Assembly (NCBI GenBank): GCA_963767465.1
Contig: CAVYDW010000001.1
Location: forward strand, 1,474,931-1,538,930
Direction of reading: 5' to 3'
Source of the DNA: an uncultured Phycisphaerae bacterium
GTDB taxonomy: Bacteria; Planctomycetota; Phycisphaerae; UBA1845; JANYLN01
DNA: 64,000 nucleotides
Part shown: in pieces, positions 1 to 10,757 of the stretch
Layout: every line of letters begins with the position of its first letter
Numbering within the stretch: position 1 is the first letter of the stretch
Notes under the pieces: generated by a model
Database searches by the model: none
The model's input: the letters and a program-made list of their open reading frames with translations, nothing else
Told to the model about the DNA's origin: nothing
Translations under genes and position numbers: made by a program

Positions 1-241
1 TGGACGGGGTTGCCGTGGACGGCCAGGCCGCTGATCGTCAGGCCGCGCTTGGCGACGGCATCCTTGATCTTCTGCTGGAGGGCCTTGCTCCTCAGGACCT
101 CGTCGGGCTTGAAGAACGGCTTGCCCGGGTACGCCCCGACGGGCAGTTCGATCGCATCCAGGCCCAGCTGCTGGCAGTAGTCCAGGGCCTTCTTGAAGCC
201 CATCCCGCCCAGCCCCGCGCTCATCACGCCGAGTTTCATTG
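1..241 (-). CDS. Sugar phosphate isomerase/epimerase (xylose-isomerase-like TIM barrel), N-terminal part; gene runs off the window edge
   Basis: Reverse-strand translation from the ATG at 239-241 gives MKLGVMSAGLGGMGFKKALDYCQQLGLDAIELPVGAYPGKPFFKPDEV..., typical of this family. Confidence 0.45.
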
Positions 242-252
242 CTATTCTCCTT

Positions 253-1442
253 TCAGTGTACTTCGCTCATCTTCACCGCGCACCGTTCCGTCGCCGACAG
301 CATCGCCGCCTCCAGCACCCGCTGGGTCTCGTAGGCGTCGGCGAAGTCCGGCAACGGCACCTCGGGCTTCTTGCCTGCCAGGACCCGGATGATGTCCGCC
401 GCCTGGTTGATGAACGTATGCTCGTAGCCCAGCACGTGCGCAGTCCGGCCACCACGCTGCGGCGTACGGATGGTTGCCGCCCGAGGTGCACATGACGCGG
501 GTCCAGCCGGCCGTCTTCGGATCGGCCGTGGCGTCGTGGAACCACAGGACATTCATGTTCTCGAACTCGAACCTGATCGCGCCCTTCTCGCCGTTGACCT
601 CGAGGTTGGCGGCGTTCTGGTGCGGCTTGGCGAAGCGCGTGGCCTCGAAGCTTCCCACGGCCCCGCCTTCAAAGCGGGCCAGGAACAGCGTCGCGTCGTC
701 GACGTCCACCTTGCCCTTCCTGCCACCGCCGCGGGTGCCGCCCGCGATCCCGCCGGCCGGGCCGGCGCTGGGGACTTTCGTTCCTTGATGAACGTCTCGC
801 TGATCGCGCCACTGATTTCGGTGAACTCCTGGCCGGTCACGAAGCGGGCCATGTCGATGATGTGCGCGCCCAGGTCGCCGTGCGAGCCGCTGCCGGCTAC
901 CTTCTTCTGGAACCGCCAGATCAGCGGCACGTCCGGGCCCGCCCAGCCCTGCAGGTACTGCGCCCGGACGTGGTAGATCTTGCCCAAGGCGCCCTTCTTG
1001 ACGAGTTGATGGGCCAGGGCGACGGCCGGGCACCGGCGATAGTTGTACCAGACGAACGTCTTCTGGTTTTTCGCCCTCTTCGCGGCCTCGGCCATCTTGC
1101 GGGCATCCTTGAGGGTATTGGCCAGCGGCTTTTCGCAGGCGACGTTCTTGCCGGCGGCCAGGGCGGCCAGGGCCAGGTCGGCGTGGGCGTTGTTGGGCAC
1201 GCCGAGGTCGACCAGCCGGATCTCGGGGTTTCTCAGGACGCTCCTGTAGTTGGTGGTATGGTTGTGCCAGCCCCAGCGGCAGGCGAAGTCCCGGAGCTGG
1301 GCCTCGTTGCGGCCGACGATCGTGTGCATGATCGGCGTCGCGGGCAGGTCGAAGAACTTGGCGACCTTGAGCCATGCGTTGCTGTGGGTCCGGCCCATGA
1401 ACTTCTGGCCGACCAGCGCCACGTTCAGCAGCTTGGACATGC
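253..1442 (-). CDS. Gfo/Idh/MocA family NAD(P)-dependent oxidoreductase; needs about 2 frameshifts to read through
   Basis: N-terminus MSKLLNVALVGQKFMGRTHSNAW is a Rossmann fold. The C-terminal family motifs (AIRFEFENMNVLWF, HVLGYEHTFINQAADIIRVLAGKKPE) lie in two other frames. Confidence 0.65.
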
Positions 1443-1664
1443 TGGATGCCTCCGTCTGAAGGTCCGACCGGCATATGTTCGATCTCGCGCCAACGTGCCC
1501 GTTTATAGGGTGCGTCGGCTGTCCGGTCAAGCATGTTCATCGGCGGCAGGTACTTGGGTAGGCCTTGCCCGGCCGCGCCTTGGCTTGGGGTCGAGCCCGC
1601 GGCATAATATCCAGCGTCTCGGAAACTGGGACGTATGGGTTTCAGGAAGGAGATGCCAGCCATG

Positions 1665-1887
1665 AGTATGACCGAGCTGAAACTTGATCTGCCTCCGAAT
1701 CTGTCCGGGGACAAGGCGAAGCTCCTTCTGGCCGTCAAACTCTACGAGGTCGGCAAGGCCTCTTTGGGGCAGGCCTCAAAGCTCAGCTGGTTATTCCAAG
1801 CGGGCGTTCATCGATATTCTGGCGCACCATGGCGTTCCTGTCCTGAACTACTCTGCTGAGGAATTGCGGCAGGAGATCGACACGTGA
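1665..1887 (+). CDS. UPF0175-family antitoxin, frameshifted near 1800
   Basis: MSMTELKLDLPPNLSGDKAKLLLAVKLYEVGKASLGQASKLS in one frame, and the C-terminus ...KRAFIDILAHHGVPVLNYSAEELRQEIDT in the next. Its stop overlaps the start of the downstream DUF3368 gene. Confidence 0.6.
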
Positions 1888-2333
1888 AGGGTCCGGTCGT
1901 GGCCGACAGCACATGCCTGATCGGACTGGAACGAATCGGCCGGCTGGACCTTCTCGAGGCGCTGTTCGATCCAGTCATCGTACCCCCTGGGGTCAAACAG
2001 GAGTTCGGTGGGGCCCACCAATGGCTCACGGTGCAGACCCCCGCCAATGTCGCCCTGGTAGCGTCCCTGAGGATGCTCGTCGATGATGGCGAAGCCGAGG
2101 CAATTGCGTTAGCGTACGAGAAGAGGTGCCGCATCATCCTGGATGATCAGCATGCGCGTTCTGTAGCCAGAAGGCTGGAACTGCCGATCATTGGCACCGT
2201 GGGAATCCTGGTGAAGGCAAAGCGGGAAAGGATCATTTCGGCAGTCAACCCACTCCTGGTTGACCTGGCCGAAAAGGGTTTTCGCATGAGTGAGGCCTTG
2301 AAGGAAGAAGCGCTTAGGCTGGCGGGGGAATAG
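1884..2333 (+). CDS. DUF3368 (PIN-like) toxin partner of UPF0175
   Basis: 149 aa, GTG start overlapping the antitoxin stop. Sequence (VADSTCLIGLERIGRLDLL...) is typical of DUF3368 proteins. Confidence 0.6.
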   Translation: MKGPVVADSTCLIGLERIGRLDLLEALFDPVIVPPGVKQEFGGAHQWLTVQTPANVALVASLRMLVDDGEAEAIALAYEKRCRIILDDQHARSVARRLELPIIGTVGILVKAKRERIISAVNPLLVDLAEKGFRMSEALKEEALRLAGE

Positions 2334-2366
2334 CCCCCGAGCGCGGAGTCGAAAGGATGCCCGCGG

Positions 2367-3764
2367 ATGCTCTGTGCAGTTCTGACGGTATTCCTGGCCC
2401 TGCTGGGCGCGTGCATCGGGTCGTTCCTGAACGTGGTGGTCTACCGGCTGCCGCGGGGGCTGTCCGTCGCGCAGCCCCGCCGCTCCTTCTGTCCGTCCTG
2501 CGGCAAGCAGATCGACTGGTACGACAACATCCCGCTGCTGTCGTGGGTCCTGCTCAAGGGCCGCTGCCGCCACTGTCAGCTGCCGATCTCGATGCGGTAC
2601 CCGCTGGTCGAGGCCGCGTGCATCGTGTTGACCCTGGTGGTCTGGCACGGGGTGCGATCGGCCTGCCAGGACATCGCCATCGAGCAGTGCTGGCCCGTTG
2701 TCCTGGGAATGCTGGGGCTGTTCTGGTGCCTGCTGGGCCTTTCAGCCATGGACCTCGAGGAGTACTACGTCGACATCCGCCTGACCTGGCTGGCCCTGGC
2801 GATCGGCCTGGGCAGCCACGCCGTCTCGCCGGCCCATGTCTGGCCCGTCGACCGATACATCGGTGCCGGTTGGGGCGCCTTCGCGATCGGCTGCACGGTC
2901 GTGCTGATCTTCCTGAACTGGCTCTGGCCGATGCCCGAGGAGCAGCCGATCGGGGAACAACCGGATGGCCAGCAGCCCGAGCCATCGGCCGGCAAGTTGC
3001 AGGCTGCGGCCAATACCCCCGCGGGCGGTATCGCGCTGGTCTGGCTGTTGGGCATCCTGGCCGTGGCCATCACGGCCGTGGAGATGGTCTCGTGCCGCCA
3101 GGCGGTCGACCCGCTGCCCGGGCGGCTGCTGATCGGGGGCGGGCTGGCGACGCTGTTCGGGTCGATCTTGGCGGCGTCCTGGCTGCCGACCGAGGCGGAC
3201 GAGGAGATCGCCCAGGCCGTGGAGAGCGAGCGGTCCCAGGCGCTGCGACAGGTGGCCAAGGAGGCGGTCGTCCTGCTGCTGTGCGTGTCCGGCGGGCTGG
3301 CCCTGATGTGGCTGGCGAATCGGCCGGACGTTGGGCGACTCTGGCTATCGGTTTTTGTGTGGGAACCGTCGTTGCGGTGGCAACCGGTGGCTGGCCTGTT
3401 GACCGCCCTGCAAGGCTGGGTCGTGGCTGGCGGGACCTGTTGGCTGGTACGAGTCCTGTTCACCATGGTCTTTCGTAAAGAGGCCTTAGGGTTCGGCGAT
3501 ATTCACATCATCGCGGCGGCTGGCGCGGTGATGGGGCCTCACCTGGCGATCGCCGGTTTCTTCCTGGCGGCGCCGGTGGCCCTGTTCGGTACGTTGATCC
3601 TGGTCTTTCGCAAGCGGTACCGGACGTTGCCGTTCGGGCCGTGGCTGTCCATGGGGTTTCTCTTGGCGCTGCTGTGGGGCCGGTCGCTGGTCGAGCACAT
3701 CGACGCGGGGTTGGGCGGCCTGTCGATCTGGCTGGCCGGCGGTCCGGTCCGGCCGATTCCCTGA
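2367..3764 (+). CDS. Prepilin peptidase (A24 family, PilD-like)
   Basis: N-terminal Zn-binding CPSCGKQIDWYDNIPLLSWVLLKGRCRHCQ plus the conserved C-terminal FGDIHIIAAAGAVMG region; multiple TM segments. Confidence 0.8.
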   Translation: MLCAVLTVFLALLGACIGSFLNVVVYRLPRGLSVAQPRRSFCPSCGKQIDWYDNIPLLSWVLLKGRCRHCQLPISMRYPLVEAACIVLTLVVWHGVRSACQDIAIEQCWPVVLGMLGLFWCLLGLSAMDLEEYYVDIRLTWLALAIGLGSHAVSPAHVWPVDRYIGAGWGAFAIGCTVVLIFLNWLWPMPEEQPIGEQPDGQQPEPSAGKLQAAANTPAGGIALVWLLGILAVAITAVEMVSCRQAVDPLPGRLLIGGGLATLFGSILAASWLPTEADEEIAQAVESERSQALRQVAKEAVVLLLCVSGGLALMWLANRPDVGRLWLSVFVWEPSLRWQPVAGLLTALQGWVVAGGTCWLVRVLFTMVFRKEALGFGDIHIIAAAGAVMGPHLAIAGFFLAAPVALFGTLILVFRKRYRTLPFGPWLSMGFLLALLWGRSLVEHIDAGLGGLSIWLAGGPVRPIP

Positions 3765-3784
3765 AACAAGGACGGAGGCGCAAA

Positions 3785-4090
3785 ATGTCCCTTGTGTTCC
3801 GGCAAACGGGTGTCTATCTTAAGACGCTGGTCGGCGCAGTGGTCCTGTTGTTTCTCGTCCTTTTCTTTGTCGCGGACAAGGGCAACCGGGCCGAGATATG
3901 GCTGTTCGGCCAGCGCAAGGGCGAGCAGGGCGTCTCGACCAACTGGGTCGTCTTCGCAGGCCTGCTGGTCGGCGTGTTGCTCTGGTGGCTGTGTCGATGG
4001 ATGATCACCCTGCCGGGTCAGTGGCGCACACTGCGGCAGGATGCTCGGCGCCAGGATCTGCCGCCTGAGCAGGACGTCGGCGGCAAGTGA
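3785..4090 (+). CDS. LapA/DUF1049-like small membrane protein
   Basis: About 100 aa with two TM helices and a WLFG...LWW...R motif pattern reminiscent of lipopolysaccharide assembly protein A domain proteins. Confidence 0.4.
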   Translation: MSLVFRQTGVYLKTLVGAVVLLFLVLFFVADKGNRAEIWLFGQRKGEQGVSTNWVVFAGLLVGVLLWWLCRWMITLPGQWRTLRQDARRQDLPPEQDVGGK

Positions 4091-4152
4091 TCCGTGGTGT
4101 TGCGGATCGGCAGGCGCCGGGGGTAAGGAACTCTTTGCAGGAGGCAAGGGTA

Positions 4153-4923
4153 ATGAAACGGTTTGTGTTGGTAGTGCCGGTGGCGCTGTTGGCGCTGGCC
4201 GCGGGTTGTGCGGATCAGAAGAAGGAGATTGAAGGACTCAAGCAGGAGGTCGCCCAGCTCAAGGCCGACCGCGACGCCTCCGAAGCGGAAAAGCAGAAGG
4301 CCATGGACGCCCTGGCCAAGGCCCAGTCCGAGAAGGAAGGCCTGGCCAGCCAGGTCGGCACGATGCAGTCGCAGATGGGCGAACTCGAGCAGCGCCTCGC
4401 CGGCGCCCAGACCGAGGCCGCCAAGTCCAATCCCGCCAGCAAGAACGGCTGGATCCAGGCCCCCGGCGTGGCCATGATCTCCATCTCCTCCGACCTGCTG
4501 TTCGGCTCGGGCAAGGCGGACCTGACCACGGCCGGCCAGGCCAAGATCGCCGAGGTCGCCCGCGAGATCAAGAAGGAGTATCCTAGCCGCGACATCTACG
4601 TGATCGGGCACACCGATACCGACCCGATCCACAAGACCAAGTGGCAGGACAACTGGGAGCTGTCGGTCGAACGGGCCCTGACCGTCACCCGTGTACTGCA
4701 GCACGCCGGCGTCAGCGGCAAGCAGATCATGGCAGCCGGCCGCGGCGAGTACCAGCCCGAATCGGCCAGCAAGGCCAAGAACCGCCGCGTGGAGGTCTAC
4801 GCGGTGGAGAAGTCCGGCCACAGCGGTGGCGGCGGCAGCAGCCATACGAAGTCCGGCGCCAAGGCAGCCGCCAAGCCGGCTAGCCATACCAGCGCCAAGA
4901 AACCAGCGGCGAGCGGGACGTAG
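4153..4923 (+). CDS. OmpA-family lipoprotein with an N-terminal coiled coil
   Basis: Lipoprotein signal (LLALAAGC), heptad-rich linker, and a C-terminal OmpA domain (YVIGHTDTDPI...NRRVEVYAV). Confidence 0.75.
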   Translation: MKRFVLVVPVALLALAAGCADQKKEIEGLKQEVAQLKADRDASEAEKQKAMDALAKAQSEKEGLASQVGTMQSQMGELEQRLAGAQTEAAKSNPASKNGWIQAPGVAMISISSDLLFGSGKADLTTAGQAKIAEVAREIKKEYPSRDIYVIGHTDTDPIHKTKWQDNWELSVERALTVTRVLQHAGVSGKQIMAAGRGEYQPESASKAKNRRVEVYAVEKSGHSGGGGSSHTKSGAKAAAKPASHTSAKKPAASGT

Positions 4924-4982
4924 CATCATGTAGCCGGCCCGCTTGCGGGCCGCGTTCGTCGCAGCGATTGTCGAGTAGATAC

Positions 4983-5014
4983 GCGGGCCCTTCGATCGAG
5001 GGCCCGCGCTTTTT
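4983..5014 (+). terminator. Rho-independent terminator after the ompA-family gene
   Basis: GCGGGCCC-ttcgatcga-GGGCCCGC stem-loop followed by GCTTTTT. Confidence 0.6.
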
Positions 5015-5026
5015 GGACGGTGCGTC

Positions 5027-5648
5027 ATGATCGGAATCATCGATTACGGCATGGGCAACCTGCGGAGCGTGCAGAAGGCCTTCCAGCGCTATGGGGCAGA
5101 CGCACGTATTATCACCACCCCAGCCGAGATGCTCCAGGCCGACAAGGTGGTTCTTCCCGGCGTGGGCGCGTTTGCCGACTGCATCCAGCACCTCCGCGAC
5201 CGCGGCCTGGTCGACTCGATCCGCTCGACCATCGACGCCGGCAAGCCGTTCCTGGGGATCTGCCTCGGCCTGCAGATGCTCTTTGACGTATCGTACGAGG
5301 ATGGCGAGTATCCGGGCCTGGGCATTATCCCCGGCAAGGTCGTCCGCTTCGACTGGACTCACCGGCCCGAGGCCGCCGGCCTGAAGATTCCGCACATGGG
5401 CTGGAACCAGGCTCCGCTGGACCCGGCCGTGCCCGGTCCTTGCGGGCCTCGATAGCGGCGAGTGGTTCTACTTCGTACACTCCTACTACGTCGTACCGAA
5501 TGACGAGTCGGTCATCTGCGGCCGGTGCGAGTACGGTCTGGAGTTCACCGGCATGATCTGGAAGGACAACGTGATGGCCGTGCAGTTCCATCCGGAAAAG
5601 AGCCAGCGGGCCGGATTGAGGATCGTGGAGAATTTCACGGGGATGTAA
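5027..5648 (+). CDS. hisH: Imidazole glycerol phosphate synthase glutamine amidotransferase subunit HisH; one frameshift near 5435
   Basis: [19 protein letters not shown]...[10 protein letters not shown], then ...[20 protein letters not shown]...VQFHPEKS in the +1 frame. Confidence 0.8.
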
Positions 5649-5834
5649 AAAGCGGGGGGCGTTGTCAGTGGTCCGGTCTGCGTGGTCCGTTGTTCGTGGG
5701 ACGGACATGGTATGGGGCTTTGCCAGCAGCGCCCGAATCGCGTACACCTGCGCAACCTGCCCGTTGCATTTCCCACGGCTTGCCTTAGGATATAGTTTTG
5801 CTTACGCGCATAGGGCTCTGCTTAGGAAGCACTT

Positions 5835-6435
5835 ATGGACCCGATAAGCGATCATTCGACCCATGGGGCCGAGGGGCATGGCCAGCATTCACTTGCCCAG
5901 CGCCTCCGTAGCGCGACGGGGCTGTCCGTGGCGGACTGCTACCAGTGCGGCAAGTGCTCGGCTGGTTGCCCGCTGACCACCGAGATGGACTTCTCGCCCA
6001 ACCAGATCCTGCGGATGCTGCAGCTGGAGATGCCGGAGTTCGATCGCAAGGTCTTGGGCAGCTTGTCGATATGGCTGTGCCTGACCTGCCAGACCTGTCT
6101 GGCCCGCTGCCCCAAGGAAGTCGATCTGCCTCGGGTGATGGACTTCCTTCGCGAAGAGTCGCTGCGACAGGGCATGGTCAACGCCAAGGCCCGCGACATC
6201 CTCAAGTTCCACGAATCCTTCGTCGGCTCGGTCGAAGCGTGCGGCCGACTCCACGAGATGGGACTGATCCAGCAGCTACAAGCTCAAGACCTTCCACTTC
6301 CTGCAGGACCTGACGGTGGCCCCCAAGCTGTTCCTGCGGGGCAAGCTGCATCCCAAGGCCCACAAGATCGAGGGCCAGAAGCAAGTGGCTGACATCATGC
6401 AGCGGATCCGCGACAAGAAGGGAGGCGCCCAGTGA
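5835..6435 (+). CDS. hdrC: Heterodisulfide-reductase subunit C-like 4Fe-4S protein; frameshift near 6275
   Basis: Two CxxCxxCxxxCP motifs (CYQCGKCSAGCP, CLTCQTCLARCP); the C-terminus continues in another frame to the stop at 6433-6435. Confidence 0.65.
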
Positions 6436-7334
6436 GGTTCGGCTACTATCCCGGCTGTTCGCTGTCCGGCTCGGCCCGCGAGTATGACGAGTCGATGCGG
6501 GCGATTGCCGGGCCGCTGGGGATTGAGCTTGTCGAGATCCCGGATTGGAACTGCTGCGGCGCGACCGCCGCCCACAACATCGACCACCTGATGTCCCTGG
6601 CCCTGCCGGCCCGGACGCTGGCCCTGGCGGAGAAGCACGGGCTCGATGACATCCTGGTCCCTTGCAGCGCCTGCTACAATCGTCTGGCCACGACGCGTCA
6701 CGAGATCGCCACCAACGAGTCGGTCCGCAAGGTCGTCAGCGATGTCCTGCAGATGCCCCTGACCGGCAAGGCCCGCGTCCTGAACATCCTGGAGGCCCTG
6801 GTCAAGGTCTTCGCCGAAAAACCCCTTAAGCCCGCCAAACCCCTGGGCTTCAAGGTGGCCTGCTACTACGGCTGCTACCTCGTGCGGCCGCCGAAACTGG
6901 TCAACTTCGACCGCCCCGAAGACCCGCAGAGCATGGACGAGATGATGAAGGCCCTCGGCGCTGTGCCGATCGACTGGCCGTTCAAGGTGGAGTGCTGCGG
7001 CGCGGGGTTCTCCGTTACGCGGACCGACATCGTCGCCAAGCTCTCCGGACATATCGTTGAGGACGCTGTCCGGCGCGGGGCCGAGGCGATCGTGACGGTC
7101 TGCCCGATGTGCCACTCGAACCTCGACATGCGGCGCGACCACATCGAGAAGCTGGCCGGCAAGAGCCTGCGGATCCCGGTGCTCTACATCACGCAGGCGA
7201 TCGGGCTGGCCATGGGCGTGTCCCGAAGCGACCTGGGCCTGCATCGGCACCTGGTCCCCGTACCGGAAGACCTGGTCCGAGCCGCGCCCGAGCCGGCGGC
7301 CAAACCGCAGGCCGTCGCCACTGGAGGAAAGTAA
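6432..7334 (+). CDS. hdrB: Heterodisulfide reductase subunit B-like protein (two CCG domains)
   Basis: 300 aa intact ORF with the CCG cysteine-rich motifs (NCCGATAAHN...VPCSACY; VECCGAGF...CPMCHSN). Confidence 0.75.
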   Translation: MRFGYYPGCSLSGSAREYDESMRAIAGPLGIELVEIPDWNCCGATAAHNIDHLMSLALPARTLALAEKHGLDDILVPCSACYNRLATTRHEIATNESVRKVVSDVLQMPLTGKARVLNILEALVKVFAEKPLKPAKPLGFKVACYYGCYLVRPPKLVNFDRPEDPQSMDEMMKALGAVPIDWPFKVECCGAGFSVTRTDIVAKLSGHIVEDAVRRGAEAIVTVCPMCHSNLDMRRDHIEKLAGKSLRIPVLYITQAIGLAMGVSRSDLGLHRHLVPVPEDLVRAAPEPAAKPQAVATGGK

Positions 7335-7338
7335 CAGA

Positions 7339-9345
7339 ATGGCAAGGATTGGCGTATTCATCTGCCACTGCGGTGAGAACATCGCCGGCACCGTCGACTG
7401 CCCCGGCGTGGCTGAGGCCTGTACGAAGGTCCCCGGCGTGGTCCACAGCGTCGACTACAAGTACATGTGCTCCGACCCGGGCCAGAGGCTGATCCGCGAC
7501 GCCATCAAGGAGCACAAGCTGACCGGCGTGGTGGTCGCGGCCTGCTCCCCGCGGATGCACGAGCCGACGTTCCGCCGCGCCTGCGCGGAAGCGGGGCTCA
7601 ATCCCGTTCCTGTGCGAGATGGCCAACATCCGCGAGCATTGCTCCTGGGTGCACGAGAAGGGTCGCGGCCACGACGCAAAAGGCCATCGACCTCGTCCGC
7701 ATGATGGTCGAGAAGGTCAAGCGCAACCGCGAACTCCAGCCCATCAGCGTGCCGGTCACCAAGACGGCCCTGGTCATCGGCGGCGGCATCGCCGGCATCC
7801 AGGCCGCCCTGGACATCGCCAACTGCCGGCCACAAGGTGATCCTGGTGGAGCGCGAGCCGTCGATCGGCGGGCACATGGCGCAGCTGTCCGAGACCTTCC
7901 CCACGCTGGACTGCTCGCAGTGCATCCTGACCCCGCGGATGGTCGAGGTCGCCCAGCACCCGAACATCACCCTCTACATCTACTGCGAGTTGGAAGAGCT
8001 TGGAAGGCTTCATCGGCAACTTCAAGGCCAAGATCCGCACGCAAGGCCACGCTCGGTGGACGACGAAGCTCTGCACCGGCTGCGGCTCCTGCTACCAGAA
8101 GTGCCCCCAGAAGAAGATCCCCAGCGAGTTCAACACGGGCCTGGGTACCCGCACGGCCATCTACACGCCGTTCCCGCAGGCCGTGCCCAACAAGCCCGTC
8201 ATCGACCGCGACAACTGCCTGTACTTCAAGAAGGGCGTCTGCAAGCTCTGCGAGAAGGTCTGCCCGACCAAGGCCATCCGCTACGACCAGCAGGACGAGA
8301 TCGTCGAGGTCGAGGTCGGCGCGGTCGTCGTCGCCACCGGCTATGACACCAAGGGAACCGACTTCTTCCCCGAGTACGGCTACGGCAAGTACAAGGACGT
8401 GATTACCGGCCTGCAGTTCGAGCGCCTGGCCTCGGCCTCCGGCCCGACCGGCGGGCGCGATCAAGCGGCCCAGCGACGGCAAGGAGCCGCGAGACCGTCG
8501 TCTTCATCGCCTGCGCCGGCTCGCGCGACCCGGCCAAGGGCATCCCCTACTGCTCCAAGATCTGCTGCATGTACACCGCCAAGCACGCCATGCTGTACAA
8601 GCACAAGGTGCACGGCGGCAAGCGCCTACGTCTTCTACATGGACATCCGCGCCGGCGGCAAGATGTACGAGGAGTTCGTCCGCCGCGCCATCGAGGAGGA
8701 CGGCGTCAAGTACGTCCGCGGCCGCGTCTCGCGCATCTACGAGGAGGACGGCAAGCTGATCGTCAAGGGCGCCGACACGCTGCTGGGCGGCGTGCCCGAT
8801 CGAGATCAAGGCGGACATGGTGGTGCTGGCCACCGCCATGGTCGCCAACCCCGGCGCCGAGGAACTGGCCCAGAAGCTGCACGTCAGCTACGACCCGTAC
8901 AAGTTCATCTCGCGAGGCGCACCCCAAGCTGCGCCGGTGGAGACGAACACCGCGGGCATCTTCCTGGCCGGCGCCTGCCAGGCCCCCAAGGACATCCCCG
9001 AGACCGTCGCCCAGGCCTCCGGCGCTGCCGCCAAGGTGCTGCGGCTGTTCAGCAAGCCCGAGCTGATCGCGCGAGCCGATCGTCGCCGTGGTCAACCGCT
9101 GCCCGCCGCCGCTGTTTTCCACGTGCGTGGGCTGCTTCCTATGCGAGAAGGCCTGCCCGTACCAGGCGATCGGGCGGGAGGAGATCAAGGCCCGCGACGG
9201 CAAGGTCCTCAAGGTCGTCGCCAAGGTCAACCCGGGCCTGTGCCAGGGCTGCGGCACGTGCGTGGCCCTATGCCGGTCGAAGTCGATCGACCTGCAGGGC
9301 TTCACCAACGAGCAGATCTTCGCCGAGATGATGGCGGTGCTGTAA
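7339..9345 (+). CDS. hdrA: Heterodisulfide reductase subunit A-like flavoprotein; at least 8 frameshifts in this assembly
   Basis: HdrA-specific segments (MARIGVFICHCGENIAG, VIGGGIAGIQAALDIAN, CTGCGSCYQKCP, MYTAKHAMLYK, CVGCFLCEKACPYQAI, CQGCGTCVALC) are spread over three frames across a roughly 670-codon span. Confidence 0.7.
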
Positions 9346-9428
9346 AGGCAGTTGTCAGTTGCTAGTTGCCAGTTGTAACGACGACGGCAAAGACCTGGCC
9401 CGAGAGCCGGAACTGTGAAGGGTGAACC

Positions 9429-9903
9429 GTGGCGGCAGAAGCGAAAGCAATGGAAAACACGAAGCAGGCGGGCGAGTTCGAACCCAAGATCATCGCCTTC
9501 GTGTGCAACTGGTGCACCTACGTCGGGGCCGACCTGGCCGGCACCAGCCGGCTCAAGTACGCCTCCAACGTCCGCGTCATCCGCCTGCCCTGCACCGGCC
9601 GGATCGACTTCATGCTGCATCCTCAAGGCCTTCGCCCAGGGCGCCGACGGCGTCATCGTCTCCGGCTGCCACCCGGGCGACTGCCACTACACGGCCGGCA
9701 ACTACCACGCCCGCCGGCGCTGGATCCTGTTCCGCTCGCTGCTGGACTTCGTCGGCATCGATGTCGGCCGCGTCCACTTCGCCTGGGTCTCGGCCGCCGA
9801 GGGCGCCAAGTGGGCCGATCTGGTCAACGACGTAGTCGGCAAGACGCGGCAGATGGGACCGTACAAGGAATACCAGGCCCTGGCGGGCAAGGGAATCGCG
9901 TAG
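9429..9903 (+). CDS. mvhD: MvhD/FlxD-type methyl-viologen-reducing hydrogenase delta-subunit-like protein; frameshift near 9615
   Basis: KIIAFVCNWCTYVGADLAGTSRLKYASNVRVIRLPCTGRIDFM, then ...ILKAFAQGADGVIVSGCHPGDCHY... in the next frame. Confidence 0.7.
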
Positions 9904-9947
9904 GCAGTTGTTGAGTCCCGTTAGGGACGACTGAGGCGATAGCAGAC

Positions 9948-10754
9948 ATGGAAGAACTGAGGAAGAAAGCCCGAGACCTCCTCCAGGCCGGCACCGTCAA
10001 GGTGGTGATCGGCTACCAGGCCGGCAGCCGCAAGGGCCTCGCCCGGCCCGGGTTCGTCACCAAACCCGAGCAGGCCGACACGCTGATCCTCGATGACGCC
10101 TGTACCGAGAACCTCGCGGTCTACCTGCTCAAGCCCGAGGTCAAGGCCCTGGGCAAGCCGGCCATCGTCGCCCGCGCTCCCGGCCTGCGGACGATCCTGC
10201 AGCTGGCGGCCGAGTTTCAGCTCGTCGACGGCCAGGTTCTTGCGATCGGCGTCGCCGCCGACGGCTCGATCAGCGAGCTGGCCGACTTCGCCGACATCGA
10301 GGCGTTCGTCGCCAAGGCCCCGCCCGCCCTGACGAGCGAGCAGGAGGCCCTGCTGGCCAAGATCGAGGCGATGTCGCTGGCCGAGCGCTGGGCGTTCTGG
10401 CAGGCCGAGTTCTCCCGTTGCATCAAGTGCTACGCCTGCCGCCAAGCCTGCCCCATGTGCTACTGCACCAAGTGCATCGTCGAAACCAATCAGCCGCAAT
10501 GGGTTCCCGTGGCGCCCCACGACGTCGGCAACATGGAGTGGCACATCGTGCGGGCGATGCACCTGGCTGGCCGCTGCATCAACTGCGGTTTCTGCGCCGA
10601 TGCCTGCCCGATGGGCATCCCGCTGAACCTGTTGACCCAGAAGCTGGCCCAGACCGTAGCGGCCAGCTTCGGCACCAGCGCGGGTACCGGCGCCAAGCAG
10701 GACTACGCGCTGTCGACGTTCAAGCCCGACGACAAGGAAGGGTTTATCCGGTAA
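9948..10754 (+). CDS. Flx-type iron-sulfur subunit (4Fe-4S dicluster protein, FlxC/FlxB-like)
   Basis: 268 aa intact ORF with ferredoxin-type motifs CIKCYACRQACPMCYC and CINCGFCADACPMG. Confidence 0.6.
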   Translation: MEELRKKARDLLQAGTVKVVIGYQAGSRKGLARPGFVTKPEQADTLILDDACTENLAVYLLKPEVKALGKPAIVARAPGLRTILQLAAEFQLVDGQVLAIGVAADGSISELADFADIEAFVAKAPPALTSEQEALLAKIEAMSLAERWAFWQAEFSRCIKCYACRQACPMCYCTKCIVETNQPQWVPVAPHDVGNMEWHIVRAMHLAGRCINCGFCADACPMGIPLNLLTQKLAQTVAASFGTSAGTGAKQDYALSTFKPDDKEGFIR

Positions 10755-10757
10755 TGG

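Noticed and set aside
242-1738. 498-aa ORF on the minus strand
   Set aside because: Composite of out-of-frame read-through around the Gfo/Idh/MocA gene; only its segment FAKPHQNAANLEVNGEKGAIRFEFENMNVLWF is genuine; the rest is Arg/Gly/Pro-rich high-GC noise.
5650-5834. Sigma-70 promoter for the hdr cluster (TTGCAT ... TATAGT)
   Set aside because: The spacing between the candidate -35 and -10 hexamers is 21 nt, outside the functional range; not reported as a feature.
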